NCBI RefSeq assembly: GCF_009834535.1
Contig: NC_045697.1
Location: 87,484,001 to 87,548,000 of the forward strand
Length of the DNA: 64,000 nucleotides
DNA from: Camelus ferus
Taxonomy: Eukaryota
Direction of reading: 5' to 3'
In this document: piece after piece, positions 1 through 12,796 of the stretch
Layout of the letters: each line of letters begins with the position of its first letter
Position numbering within the stretch: position 1 is the first letter of the stretch
The notes under the pieces: model-generated
Seen by the model: only the letters and a program-made list of their open reading frames with translations
Told to the model about the DNA's origin: nothing
Database searches by the model: none
Position numbers and translations under genes: made by a program

Positions 1-170
1 TGGTATATAAAACCCTCCTTGTGGCTTTCACTTCTTTTCTGTGAAGCTCCCCCTGTGCACATGAAATAAACCTTTGCTCCTATTAATCTGTCTTCTTTTG
101 TTGGTTTAATTCACAGATTCCAGGCATGGAACCTGAGAGAGTACAGGGAAGGTTTTTTCTCCCCTCCACA
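1..170 (+). mobile_element. 3' end of ERV1-class LTR (MER34-like), truncated by window edge
   Basis: TATATAAAA at 4-12, AATAAA at 65-70, terminal ...CCCCTCCACA. TTTCACTTCTTTTCTGTGAAGCTCCC is shared, as reverse complement, with the LTR at 43006-43561. Confidence 0.8.
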
Positions 171-2039
171 CGGCTTGCAGTGTGCGACATGCAGCGTATG
201 CCCAATGTGTTATTTTTAAAGAGATAAAAATTATTTCATGTACTCAGTCTTAATGTCAGTTACGGCTGCACTACTCTACCTGAAAATCTGAAACCTCTTG
301 GTTGGTTGATTTTAGCAAGCAAATGGTCAAATTAGATGATTCAGACACTGCAAATGAATTAGGTCTCGAAACTTTGTTGCTGGATCTGGGATACTACCTG
401 AAACTACCAACACCCATGGGCAATTTCAGGAAAGCAGAATCTTGGCTTTGCTTGAAAATCACGAGGAAATAGTCACCCATCCTTGATTATTGGTCATGAA
501 ATGTGATTGGTCTTAGAAATGGTTCTGCTGATATTGTGATTGGTTTTAGAAATGTTTGTGCTAATATTGGTAATCACCTTAAAAGACAGAATTCCCAAAA
601 GTCAGAAAAAATGTGAGAGTAAGACCTTTGATAAGGGGTTGCAGGTAGGTAATGGCGGGAGGGTGGCTGGAGAGCGGGGCTGGGAGGAGACTTGGAGCTT
701 TAAAGAACATGATGGGCTCAGAAATAGCAGAAGGAAGCCACAGAGCAGGGGCAGCACGTGGTGACCGGCCTGGAGTTCTGTTCTTGAACAATGGAAACAA
801 GGGTGGAACCCAGGAAAGCCCCAGAGTTTTGATTTGGGTGGCTGGAAGGAAGATGGTTTCAACTGGTATCCAGGGGTAGGCCCGGAATTGAGGCACGAAA
901 AGTTATCTCTCATCCCCAGCCCCCTGCAAGGGCCGTGAGAACTGAGAGAACTGTTGGTCCTTGCAGTGTGGATTGGAAGGTGAACTGGGGTCATTACAGT
1001 CCTGACCGGTGTCCATCTAGGTCAAGCTCAGTGAGCCCAGGTCCCTGGTAATTACCCAGTCTGTACCCCGTGCTACCATCTCAGTGTTCAGAATTTACTC
1101 TAAGCAGTGGCCATACGGTCTGTCTTTCAGAGGAGACAGGACAGGAGTCAGGACTCGATACAGATAAGAGTATTTCAGGAGCATCATCTCTGGAGGAGGA
1201 ATCCCTCAATTCCTGGTGATCATGGCATAAAGTTACTTAAATGTGGACTTTCAGATGATCAGGGCTTCTTCATGGAGGCTTTAAGAACTACAAATACTGC
1301 AGGTTCTGTTGTTCAGATAGTCAGACTGCCACTTCTGAGAGACAAAGAAGCTGACTCTATCTTGTTGAGCAAGGGAGCTGGACTGTTGGAATGCAATGTA
1401 CTTGCAGCTTGCTTGAGCAGGCATATATACCTTTCTGAGTGAGTACAGGGGGTTTTGATTAGTTCTAAGAGAAGAGAGAGACCTTTTTATTAACTCTAAC
1501 AGAATTGGAATAATGCTGATTGGCTCTTGGACCAAAGCTGGGCTGATTCAACCCAGTCAGTTTAAAGCTGTTTCATTTTGGTCAGATAATCCCTGGTAGG
1601 ATTTCAGAAAGCCAGGTTTCTCAAGGGCCGTGATTTGGGAAGAATAAGGTTTCTTAGTGCGACATCCCTGATGTTCACCAGCAGATGGACTTTCGCAGCT
1701 TTGAGCCTATACAGTCAGTCCAACCAAAAAAGAATTTGAATTATGTGGTCTAACCATTTTTATTAATCAAGTTAGCTAGAAAATATTTGAATCTCTTGTT
1801 CATTTTGTGTTATAAATTCTCAGTCTTCAGCAAAACCTAATACTCTTTTGTGTATTAAGAGTAGAGAGTCTAAAGTGGGTTGTGTGTCCTAGAAGTGAAA
1901 GCCATGGGGTATGGCGTCTGGGCCGGAGGGATTCCGAAGTATGTCAGAACGTCCCGTTCCACTACACTGCGCGGGCGTTTATGAAGCGCATGATACTAGT
2001 GTCACGCCTGCTGCTGCTCTGTGCCTGCCTGCCTGTTGT

Positions 2040-2200
2040 TTTATACGTGCAGTCTGTGATTCCCAACAGTCCTGCAAGAAGGTAAAGGTGTTACTATTAC
2101 CATTTTACAAGTGAAAAATCTGGGGCTTAGATAACCTAAGGTCATCCAAGTGGTAAATGACTGAACGAGAAATTTAACAAAGGTCTGTCTGACTCCACAT
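2040..2200 (-). mobile_element. MIR SINE fragment
   Basis: CCATTTTACAAGTGAAAAATCTGGGGCTTAG...AAGGTCAT...GGTCTGTCTGACTCCA matches the antisense MIR core. Confidence 0.75.
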
Positions 2201-2794
2201 TCCATGATCAAACCTCTGGACCTTGCCTGTGCCTTTCACTCTCCATGGGAACCTATTGCAAGTTGGTGCCAAGACTGCCCCAGCAGGTTATTCTGAGGAG
2301 TGCATTTCTGCAAGGACAAGTCATTTATCACGAAACTGTCACTGTCCATTTCAGGATGCGTACTGCATCTTCAGCATCTCAGTAGCAGCATTTGGGACAA
2401 ACTCATTTCAAGTAAATCACCAAGCCACTACAGCACCGTCTGTGCTCTAGGGTGGGAAGGACCTGGAACAGGAACACCGTTCGGGATCTACCTGTGGACA
2501 GGGTGAAATGCTGGCAAAAGTTTTCTGTCAGAGTTGTGATTCTTCACTCTGACTTTTGTTTTCCTCTCCTCTGCCTGTACTTTTAAGTCCATCAGTGCTT
2601 CCAGTCTGGACAAGAATCACCAACGGTAATAATTAGTAAGGTTTTAGTGACTAGGTGCTTCACTAAACATTTTATCTTCTTTTCAAAAGAAAAAAAAGGT
2701 GACAGTGGCTAACACAGAGAAGGCAACCATTAGCAGCAGAGCTCTGCAGGCATTCACTAGGCATTGGCAGCCAACTCTTTAACGCACTTGGTGC

Positions 2795-3300
2795 TGAAGG
2801 ATCGCAGAATGTGCTTTCCCAAAATGTGTCACTTGGGCCTATGGATTATTTTGAGCTAAAAGCACTAAAAAACAGCAAGTACCGAAAGGACGCTCTGATC
2901 CTCCCTTTTCTTCCTCAGCGCAGGAGATAAAGCTCCCATGTGAGAGATGCCCTTCCTGCATCAGGGGAAAGGAACACTCTTATCACCAGAGATGGGAATG
3001 GGGGCCGAGAGAACTCTGTACAAACAGACCTTGTTAAAATAACTCTTATCTTCCTTTGCTCTCCTCATCTATTTTAGTTACTTTTCCACAATTGCCTCTT
3101 TGTGCAACCTAGCATATACGCACTGAGGTTTTGCCGCTTCTTTGTCTCTTCATTTCCTTATGAAGGCTCCTGTGTCCTGCCAAACTTACATTAAATAAAT
3201 CTGTATGCTTTTCTCCTGTTAATCTACGTTATATCAATTTAATTCTCAGGCCCATCTAGGGACTCAAAGATGGTAGAAGTAAAATCCTCCCCTGCCTACA
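2795..3300 (+). mobile_element. Solo ERV1 LTR, MER34-like
   Basis: TG...CA termini (TGAAGGATCGCAGAATGTGCTTTCCCAAAATGTG...CCTGCCTACA), the MER34-type GGATTATTTTGAGCT motif, AATAAA at ~3194, and a 4-bp TSD GTGC/GTAC. Confidence 0.85.
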
Positions 3301-3774
3301 GTACTTACGGTACTGTGCTCAGCCCTCCAAAGTGAGACTGAGTAAAATCCACTTCCTGCCCGCACGGAGTCTGTGTGCCATCACAGGAGACAAACAGGTC
3401 AACAAAGTCATGGCAAAGACATCACTGGGGTCATGGAGAGGCGCCCAGAGTGCAGAAGGAGGGAGGGGGGCAGTGTTACAGGCAAGGCGTAGCTTCCTTT
3501 TGCCTGGCCATCACACTTCTCTAAGACTGACGTTACTCCGTTGTGAGGGTCAGATTGCTCTCACGGCTTTCAGCTGTGTTAGGCAAGCTCCAGTCAAGCA
3601 GACTGGGGGATCAGCACATCCATGTGATCTTCCCGGCGTGTGTTCTTGGGCACAGGACTGGGGATAGGAGGTGCTGTTCTTCTAAACGTCAGGAGAGTTA
3701 GCATCACTGCAGGGGAGATTTCTAGAGGTTCCTACTAGTCCCAGAGTATGGACCTAAGGGTAGTAGTGATTTCT

Positions 3775-4229
3775 TTTTTTTTAATTTTATTTTTGTATTG
3801 AAGTGTAGTTTATTTACAGTGTTAGTTTCAGGTGTACAGCAAAGAGATTCAGTTATACATATACATATGTATATTTTTTTATATTCTTTTCCATTATATG
3901 TCATAAGAAATTCAATATAGTTCTGTGTGCTATACAGTAAGTCTTTGTTGTTTATCTGTTTTATATGTAGTAATGTGTATCTCTTAATCCCAAATGCCTA
4001 ATTTATCCCTCTCTGCTTTTCCCCTTTGTTAACCATAGTTTATTTTCTATGCCCATGAGTCTATTTCTGGTTTGTAAATCAAATTTGTAGCTTTTTTTAG
4101 ATTCCATGTATAAGGGATATCATACGATGTTTGTCCCTGTCTGACTTACATCACTTGGTGTGATAATCTCTAGGTCCATCTCTGTTGCTGCAAATGACGT
4201 TATTAGTCATTTTTTTCTTTTTCATGGCT
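3775..4229 (-). mobile_element. 5'-truncated artiodactyl-type L1 3' end
   Basis: T-rich tail followed by antisense L1 3'UTR/ORF2 end (AGATTCCATGTATAAGGGATATCATACG...TCTAGGTCCATC). TSD TAGTGATTTCTTTTT (3764) / TAGTGCTCTCTTTTT (4230); TT/AAAAA endonuclease site on the minus strand. Confidence 0.9.
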
Positions 4230-5276
4230 TAGTGCTCTCTTTTTAAAGAACATTCCAATAAATTAGGATTTGGGGTTAAGGTGAAATTGCTTCTGGCTTC
4301 AGAAGAATATGTTAATGAGCCCTATGGAATTCTGGGGACATGGAGATGACTTTTGTCAAGTTGTTAATTCCACCTTTTGTGAGGGACCATTTCTTGTGAT
4401 TCATGAGATCCACACATTCTGATAGTGCTTATTTTTAATGATTTTGATGGTGTTTCTCTTGATTATTTAATAGATGGCTTTTAATTTCTTTGAGCAGAGT
4501 TTCGTTAGTGTGTAATTACTCACATTGTGCATAGTAAATGCAGCCATCCTGAGGATTCAGGGCTCAATCCATGTGTCAGATATTGTCGTTTTCAGGGCCA
4601 GAAGCCAAATCTGCCTCAAACATCTTCTAACTATCCAGAAGTCATTCCTTTGAATTAAGTCCCCACCCCCAATTTTTGTAAATATATGTTTGTGTTATTT
4701 GGCCATTATAAATTAGCCCATTAAGATCCACAGCTAAATAACATAGGATTATTGTTGTTTTTAAAGAAGTCAGAGAGCCAAAGAGAGACATCAGAGGGAG
4801 CACACAGTGAAGGAAAAACTGGGAAAAGGAAATCCACTGAGGACTTCTAGAAATTACTGGCCAACTCTTGGTAAGGAACTCCCTGAAAAAGGAACCAAGA
4901 TTAGGGGGCAAATTTTGCCTGTTTTATGGTTTTGCATAGGGTGAGCCTTTTAAGGCTCCTGGGGCAGATGATTTTATTTGCCTACCTAGGAAGACCCTGA
5001 AGTTACAGTAAATAGCCTCAAATTAAATGCTGGTAAAGTCCGAAAAAATTTTGGGGGGAATTAAAATCAGTCCCCAAATGTTTTTAAATATTTAAAAAAT
5101 GGAACAATAAAACACTGCATTTAGAATGAACATACTTACTTTTCTTTTAAAAAATGTGTAGATCAGTTTCTCTTAGGGAAATAACTGAACAGTTTTAAAT
5201 TCCAAGTGCAAAAATGTATTCATTCTTACTTTTTCTCTTTTGTCTGGCCAGTAACTACTCTTAACAGAACTTGGAG

Positions 5277-5448
5277 CAGTGGCTTTCACACTTGGCTAAT
5301 GACCTGAATACCATGGAGAATTCAGGTCAAATTCTCAGGTGCCATCTTAGACTTGCTCTGTCAGCATCCAGGCTTGGGGACCCCGAAAACTGTATTTTTG
5401 AAAACTGTCCAGGTGATATGGAGCCTCTGGCTGATTTGAGAACCACTG
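5277..5448. mobile_element. MER5-family hAT-Charlie MITE
   Basis: Terminal inverted repeats CAGTGGCTTTCACA / TTTGAGAACCACTG; length ~170 bp. Confidence 0.8.
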
Positions 5449-6627
5449 CCATAAAACAAACAGGGATTTAAAACTTTCAGTCTTATCTCAGCCTCACACT
5501 GAATATGCTTCTGTAATGGTTTAAGGTAATAATGACCTTGTTGTAGGCTATTTCCTGTTGATTAATGACCAGCTGGAAGAAGCTGTCTCTAGGATCTTTC
5601 AATTCAGAAGGCCAGTAATGACCCAACTAAAGATACACCTGCAGTGCAAATGTGTAACGTTTTTCTTCATGAGGAACACTGCACTCTTAGGTTGTCTTAA
5701 TTGCATTCCTTTCCTAATTCATCTCGAAAATGCCGCAGTTGCCACAGTTGCTCCAAAACAGAAAAAACAAACAGGAGGATCAAAGTGTATGTCTCTGCTG
5801 GAACCAACAGAAGCAGAGACCAGGGGAGAAGATTTAGCTCTTGGGTGGATTTTGCTGAAATATTCTATTTGTATAGCAGTGATTTGTACCAGGTAATGTG
5901 AACTAGGTTGCCCTCAGTCTCTTTACAGATTACATCCCATTTCCTTTACGGTGCTGCTAAATAATTCCTAGGGAATTATTCACCCTCAAACCTCTCTCTG
6001 CTAAGAGTGAGCTGCCACATATGCTTCTGCTTTAGGCACCGCTGGACAGCCAGTGGCTTCAGAAAGCCGCCTGCCTTTCAAACCGTTCAGGCTGGAGCAG
6101 CAGTCTTTCCACCCACCCCTTTCCCTTGAGGTAAAGAGAATGTTCATACCTCAAGTCTTGTTACCAAGCAACAGAGTTCCATTTGCCAATTGCTACCATT
6201 TCCTTCTCATAGTATTACAGGCCTTATTATTAACATTTAGTTCAGAGAAATTGCTGTCATTATGTGAAGTAACTTCCTTTAGAGGTTATTCATTAACCTT
6301 AGGTATTTTACTGTGTAATTATAATTGCCAAGTGCCCGCAGGCTTGGAAAACCTTTGAACTCCTCAAGGTATTAGGGGATGGCAGAAAGGATATTATCTG
6401 ATTTTTCTTCCTTTTCTAGTTGTTTTAATCTTGAAGGTGTCCCATTTCCCCTGAAGACATGTCTGCCTTCCTAGAGGGTAAACTTCCAGATTGCTGACTA
6501 TAAACTCAGAAGATACGAATGGACAAAGTTGCCTCTTAGAGTCTGATTTCCCCAAATACTGTAGACAAGAGTGAAATGGTCCCTCCTTTGTCTTAAGGAA
6601 GGATCAGGGGACTATTCCTAAGACCCA

Positions 6628-6713
6628 CAGGGTTGGCACCAACACTTATGCATGCGTGGGGCTCTGTGAGGACCTCGCACAATACCCAGAATTGTATATT
6701 GTGCACAACCTTG
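6628..6713. mobile_element. Possible short hAT MITE relic (MER91-like)
   Basis: Imperfect inverted ends CAGGGTTGGCACCAA / TTGTGCACAACCTTG. Confidence 0.3.
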
Positions 6714-6958
6714 TTCTGACATAACGGAAGACGTTCATCCTATTGCTCACCCGATGGTTCTATAAAAGCAATTTGTCACTCCCCAGCTTTGCAGAAGCCA
6801 GGTGTGTGTTCCATAATACACCTATTATACAGCCATTCTCAGTAGCCACTGCTTACACAATGACCCTTGTGATTTGCCCCCTTATGTGGTGGTTGCCAAG
6901 GTCTTCGGTCCCCACCCAGCACAACTTCAGGTACGCATTTCACTTGTATTATCAGGCC

Positions 6959-6999
6959 AAAAAAAAAAAAAAAAAAAAGAAGAAAGGAAGAAAAAAAGA
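6959..6999 (+). repeat. Poly(A)/A-rich purine tract
   Basis: A run of about 19 followed by GAAGAAAGGAAGAAAAAAAG, seen directly. Confidence 0.9.
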
Positions 7000-7159
7000 G
7001 CACTCCCTTTCCTTTCTCTCTTTGTTTCAAGACAAACAAAACTAATTGGCATTTTTCTTCCCCCAACCACATGCGCCTGCAGCATGGGTGCCCCAAAAAA
7101 GGAAACCTGTTTTCCTCCTCCCAGGTTTCTGAGTTCTCCACCCAGTCTTCCCACAGCCC

Positions 7160-7650
7160 TCCACTCCCCGCACCCAGCCCTTCCCGCCTCCACCCAGACC
7201 CGGAGAAGCGGCCAGACATTCCAGGTAACCTGACTCCCCAGACGGGAGGGGCGGGGGCGCTGCTGGGAAGGCGGCCACGTGACCTTGCCTGCCGCCAAGG
7301 GGCAGGCGTACCTGGTTCGGAAAACTAGGGGACAGGTGAGCCTGGAGTGCCGTTTTGAATCTGAATTTAAAAAACGTATAGTTTCTAAAAGGGTGCTTGC
7401 TTCTGCCTCCGACAGATTCCACTTTGATCATTCCCAGTGAAAAGGCACGGCTGGCCGTAGGGTTTTCTGGCGTGAACTGAGCTGCCAGACAAAGGCAGCG
7501 CGATCTCTGGGAGGAGAAGGCCGAGCGGGTTTTACAGCAGCCGCCGCACAAGTCTGGACGCGGAGGCTGCGCTCCGGGAGGGCCGGCCGCCCTGGCAGGA
7601 GCCCGAGCTGCAAGCCTCGGCTGGGAAGCGCATCCCTCCATCATTTCCCT
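7160..7650. promoter_or_regulatory. Small CpG-rich promoter-like element
   Basis: Highest CpG/GC density in the window. GC box GGGAGGGGCGGGGGCG (7244-7259); E-box GGCCACGTGACC (7273-7284) overlapping TGACCTTG; CTTTGATC TCF/LEF-like site at 7422; donors CAG|GTGAGC (+, after 7335) and CCAG|GTACGC (-, after 7312). Confidence 0.65.
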
Positions 7651-7989
7651 GGCTCTGCCGTCCCTAGCTTGCCCTTGACAGCTCTCTTCTTTGATCTGTA
7701 AAATAGGAGAAAATAGGGGACACTTTGATATTCTTTAGAAGGCGCGGGGATTTGCTACTTTCTCCCCAAATAAAGGGCTGGTAGGGAATTTCTTTGAGAA
7801 CTGGAAGGAACATGCTGTCACATGTAACCTTAATGAGCTTGGCCTCCTCTTCTAGTGCCCATTAATCAGTCAGCCAACACCGAAAGCATCTAAGTGTGGA
7901 TTCTGTGTGCAGAGAAGTGAGAGCATGGTCTCTACTTTAAAGATACTTACGGTTTAGCTGGGGAGCTGGAATATATAGGAGTGTAAAAC

Positions 7990-8125
7990 ATGATAATAGC
8001 TAACATTTATTGAGTACTTCCCATGTGCCAGGTTCTGTGTGGTACTTTCCTTTATTCCTCATAAGAGCCCATCAAATAGGTACTACACTATCATCTCCAT
8101 TTTACAGAGGGTTTTAGCGAGATCA
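7990..8125 (-). mobile_element. MIR fragment (preceded by L2 3' relic ~7860-7965)
   Basis: ATAATAGCTAACATTTATTGAGTACTT...ATCATCTCCATTTTACAGAG. Confidence 0.75.
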
Positions 8126-9169
8126 CGTGCCCCTGGACACACCATGTGCACAGCCAGCCTGTGCTTCAGCTCCAGCCTACTCCAGAGGAATAAGCTGCAT
8201 TTAAGCCCAGATCTGTTTAACATCCAATGATGGCAGGTGGTCAGTTTCATTCGGCCTCCTCCTCTCTGCTCTGGTTCTGAGACTGTTCTTGCCCTCTCTC
8301 TGGAGAGCAGGAAAATGGCACTGGGACCTTTTAAGCCACCAGTGCTCTTTGGGACCCTACACATGTTCTCTTTCTTCCCCTTCCTCTGTTTTTTCCTACT
8401 GGGCAATCACAGTCTGGTTAATTTCTCCTTGGACAGCATTAACTTTATGGGTACATCTTGTCTTGTCCTCTCTGATTTTATTATTCAAGTAGAGAGAAGG
8501 GACCTGATTCAAACAAGTAAATGTACAAAGCATACAAAGCATAACTTCACCTTGTGAAGTGGAACTTGATGGTCCCTTAGGTTCCTTCCTCTGACTTACG
8601 GTGATTCCTTCACTCTGTGTGGTATATGCAGCAGTGACCGTTCTTAAGCACAGTCAGGCAGAGTCAGGGTTTCACCAGTACCCCAAAGGCTGGTCTCACA
8701 GTATAGCATCTTCAGTTTGCCACTCACCATAACTCAAGGACCAAACAGAATGTGGTTTTTCTCAGGGAAGCCAACATCTTGATGATTTTTAATAGTGTAA
8801 AACACTAGCCAATGGGATTTTATGAGTATCATGGAGAGACACATCCTTTGACCTGGTGTATAATCCCACATCTCTGGACACTGGGCTAATAACTGCAGCC
8901 TCCTTGCGCATGGGTCTGAATGGGAAACAGTATGGTGTTTGGAAAATTCTAGATTGATGGCAATTAACCCAGAGCCCAGTGTTTTTTATGTTGTATCCCT
9001 AGTCAACCTAGTACCTGGGGACTGAGAAGACTTGGAAATCCTTGTTTAGTATAATTCCTTCTTCTCTTAACCAGAAGTATGGGTATCTGAAAACTTGCTA
9101 CACTTAGTTTTGCTTTTATTGAGTATCACTTACTGGTAAAAATAATGAAAAAACAAAAAACAATGTAGA

Positions 9170-9470
9170 TGTTAGGAAACCTAGGTTCTAGTTTTAGACC
9201 TGATACCAGCCAGCCTTGGATCCATCAAACCAACTCCCATCCATAGGGGCCTCAGTTTCCTCACTTTTAAAAAAAATAGAATAAAAGCTTGGACCAGGCC
9301 AGTGGTTTTGAAATCAGAGCAGCTCTGCTCGTATCTTTTATATATTGGGATCTGGTGTCAGACATCTGTGTACTAAATGGAAAGGGAGACTCACTGACGA
9401 CAACTGTTACAAACCTGCTGCTCCAGAGGCTTGCCCAGGTCTTCAGCTCTAACGTTCGATGATTCTCTTT
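9170..9470 (+). mobile_element. MIR/MIR3 fragment, apparently interrupted by a small hAT MITE relic (~9300-9420)
   Basis: CCTAGGTTCTAGT...GCCTCAGTTTCCTCAC...TTGGACCAG, then a CAGTGGTTTTGAAA-bounded insert, then CAGCTCTAACGTTCGATGATTCT. Confidence 0.55.
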
Positions 9471-9789
9471 AAGGCACTTGGTGGTGGCTCTGCTCCTTGG
9501 GAATCATAGCTGTTTAGTTTGGCTGGATTGTAAATTGCATGACAGGAAGATGTGGAAGACAAGGCTGGAAGTGAAGTTTCCGTCCAGATTTGGTATGGCC
9601 CCGGGTGCTCGGCCAAGGAGTCTGGATGTTGTTTCCTTGAAATTCAGAGGCTACCAGATTTTTGACTGCAAAACTTTGTCAGTGATGATTTGAGTAACAG
9701 AGACCTGGAAAATAGTAGCTTATGCACGGAAGAGTTACTTCCTTATATAAAAGCCTTTGGAGATTGGCAATTTGGGGAAGGCATGCAAA

Positions 9790-10190
9790 TTCCAGGCAGT
9801 CATCAGGGAGCCAGGCCCCTCCTAGTGTTTTGCTTTTCTGTTCTAGTGAAGCCAGCTTTCATCCTCACAGTTACCTCACGGTCCGTGATGGCTGCCGGAC
9901 TCCACCCACCATGCCTGCATCATGGGCTGGAAGGAGGAGTGAAAGATAAAAGTGGGGTGCATCCCAGATGAGTCAGCCAACTCTTATCAGCCTTCTCAGC
10001 AGTCCCTCATGGCCCATTGTTTTACATCCATTGGCCAAACTGAATCTCATTGCCACTCCTGGTTTCAAGGAAGGCTAAGAAATGTACACTTTATTCTGGG
10101 CAGGGATGTAACTGGCTGAAAGGCAGGGCTTTGTTACTGAGACAAAAGAGAATATGGGTATTGGAAGCAGCTTGGGCATGGTCTCTGCTA
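9790..10190 (-). mobile_element. MaLR LTR (MLT1J-like) within L2 remnants (~9560-10550)
   Basis: Reverse complement begins TGTAGCAGAGACC...CCAATACCCATATTCTC; internal CATTGGCCAAAC...CAAGGAAGGCTAAGAAATGTA is typical of MLT1J. Confidence 0.75.
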
Positions 10191-11429
10191 CAGAAAATGA
10201 TCAGAACTCTGCCCTGGCATCATTTATTTAGTGGCAGTAGCTGGGAAACCATGAACTAGGTGGAGGGAATAAGGACCTGAACTGGGGTGCCCCTGAGAAG
10301 GTGGTGGAGGAACGAGGGGGAGCTCCTGCGGAGGACGGCCAACTCTTCAGGTGTGACGGGATTTCCTCAGCTGGGCCTGAGGGATGGGGAGCATCGAAGG
10401 ACACACCCAGCTTTGTGAGCACGTGAAAGAGGTGCTGGTGATGCCAGTGACTAAAATAAGGAAGCTGGGGGAGGAGGTGGAGGAGGAGGAGTTTTAGGGA
10501 AGGAGGTCCTGAATGAGATTTTGGACAGGTTGAGTGTGGTGCAGGACTGGAGCTTGGGGGAATTTGTATTGTTTATTTCCAAGTAAATATGACATACACC
10601 TAATTTTTAAAATCCTGATATCTAGGATGTCCTGATGTCTCAGATGCTTTTTTGGGCTTCACACATTGTTATATAGGGACATGCTGTTAATGGTGGTGGA
10701 GTAAGTAAGTAAGCAGTGGGGTTACCTCTTCTCTGCTGACCCTGAGCTCCATAGAGGTTCTTTTCCACCGCTGGGCTTAAGGATCCTCAGAGTTATGACA
10801 AGGATGATGTTCTGGGCAAATGCACATTTCTTAAAAGAGCTGCCTGGGATCCCTGTGTGTTCTTCCACCCTAGAGAGCTCAGATATGGACAAAACACAAG
10901 ACTCTTCAGTTGTAGTCCAGAGGCACTTCTTAGTAGCAGATTCTCTTATTTCTCTGTTTTTCTGAACTTCCACCTGGCCCCGCTTGACCTTTCCTGTCTT
11001 CTATCCACTGTTAGGGTGGCGCAGGCTAAGTGAGGGCTGCCCTGGTATTTAGGAAGAAGGTACGTAAATAGCCATATGCAACATCCCTGGGTCCTGGAGA
11101 AGAACTTACAATGCAAATGTGGAGGTGAGGGCCCAAGTTGGATGGGGAGTGGGGGCAGACAGCAAGGTTAATAGTAAAGGTAGTTAAGAAACTAAGGATT
11201 AAGGCAAGGGGTCGTGAGCTCAGGCAGCAGAATTTAAATCCCCGTGAGCATGAGGCATTATGGGGAAAACTCTTAGTGCATCTTGTCTGAGTAAAAGCAG
11301 CTCCTTAAAAGAGGCAGCCTGGGTCAGATAATCTCAAGTAGGGGCCTTAGCAAAGGCATGCTCAGTGAGAGAAGAGGGAGTTGTCCACCTAGCCTGCGTG
11401 TCATATAGAGTGTTAGTTACTCTCCTGCT

Positions 11430-11800
11430 TGGTTATGTGAACCTAGATTTTGGATATCCCCTTCCTTCCGAATTTTGAAGGCATCGTTCCATTGTCTTCT
11501 GCCTGAAGGTATTACCTCTGAGGAGTGTGACAGCAGTTCTGACCACCAGCCCTTTACTTGTAAGCTTTCTTTTTTCTCTTCGGAAGCGTTTAGGATTCTC
11601 TCAACTCAACACTGAAGTGCTTTGCCGTAAATCTTTTATTATTCAGTGGGCTGCTCCCTTAATGGGCCCTCCTTGTGTCCTTCAGTTATGGGGGATTTTT
11701 TCATAGTATCTCTTTGATCATTTCTTCCATGATACATTCTCTGTTCTCTTTTTCTGGAATCTGATTAGTCACAAGGTGGATCTCCTAGACATCTTTTCTC
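11430..11800 (-). mobile_element. Old L1M fragment
   Basis: TTTGAAGGCATCGTTCCATTGTCTTCTG...CTTCAGTTATGGGGGATTTTT...TTTTCTGGAATC resembles antisense ancient L1. Confidence 0.6.
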
Positions 11801-12626
11801 TTCTGTGTTTCATCCCTTTGAGGTAGTCATTGTCCAATGAATGGAGATGGGGGTGGGCAAGGCTTTTTGGCACTGGGACTTTGTCTGGTGGGCAAGTGCT
11901 CAGAATTCCCCCTCTCTCACCGCTAGTCACTACCCACATGGCTCTGGTCTTCCGTGTGATTTGACACAACTGAAATTCCTTGGTTCCTTGGATTTCTGAA
12001 TGGCGACGGAGGCCTTCTTTGCAACCTCAGTTCTTCCAGCTTTCTATGTCTCTGTAGCTTAGAATGTATGTTCATGCATTGGGTGTTTAATGTAATTGGT
12101 GAATTGAAGAAATGGATGTTTTTTGTTATTAGTACACATAGAGTGATTTTAGTTCTGTGCAGATCCTGATGATTTAGTTGTATGACTCCAGGCAGCCAGC
12201 TGTCCATACTGCTTGAGTGAAGCTGCTTTTCTGAAAAATTAACTTTTGAATTTTAGAATATTTTCACTTGAACGTCCTACTGGCATAATACAAATGTAAG
12301 AATGCTTGTTTGTTTATCATATTTTTTAGTGGAATTTGAGCATTCAACAGAATAAGCCCAAAAAAACCACAACAACCAAAAAAAAAAAAAAACCCCAAAC
12401 CTACTTCTTACCTTTGTCTTAAGAAGACTTTGTCTTACGGAGACTCAGGCCTTGCCAGAGAGCTGAATGTCCCTGCCCTCCCTCAGCCCCTTAGCAAACT
12501 TTCTTCTTTTTCAGATTCTGAACTACTGCTACACCATCTTGGTTTTTCCACTTTCTAGGTCTGTTTCTTGCTGCCTTCTGTGCCTCTCTGTTTTCACCCT
12601 TCCCGATTCCTCTTCTTCTCTAAGTT

Positions 12627-12796
12627 GGTGTTTTTCAAAGTTTGGTTTATGAATGTCCAGCATCAGAATCCCCTGGGGCCTGATCAGACCAAATGGATCA
12701 GAACCGCTGAGAGGAGGCTGGGGGCAGCTGAGGGGTCTGCCTGTTGGTTCAGCGTTCCTGGGGTTTCTCGTGCACCTCGGAGTTCAAGAAACACTG
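12627..12796. mobile_element. MER5-family MITE inside L2 remnants
   Basis: TIRs TGGTGTTTTTCAAAGT / AGTTCAAGAAACACTG; internal CAGCATCAGAATCCCCTGGGG. Confidence 0.75.

Noticed and set aside
1..3300. Two same-strand MER34-like LTRs as the ends of one provirus
   Set aside because: Their 3' ends are clearly divergent, the second has its own TSD, and the intervening DNA contains a MIR and no gag/pol/env remnants.
7042..7644. 200-aa minus-strand ORF
   Set aside because: Non-ATG start, low-complexity A/P/R/G composition expected from GC-rich promoter DNA, no recognisable domain.
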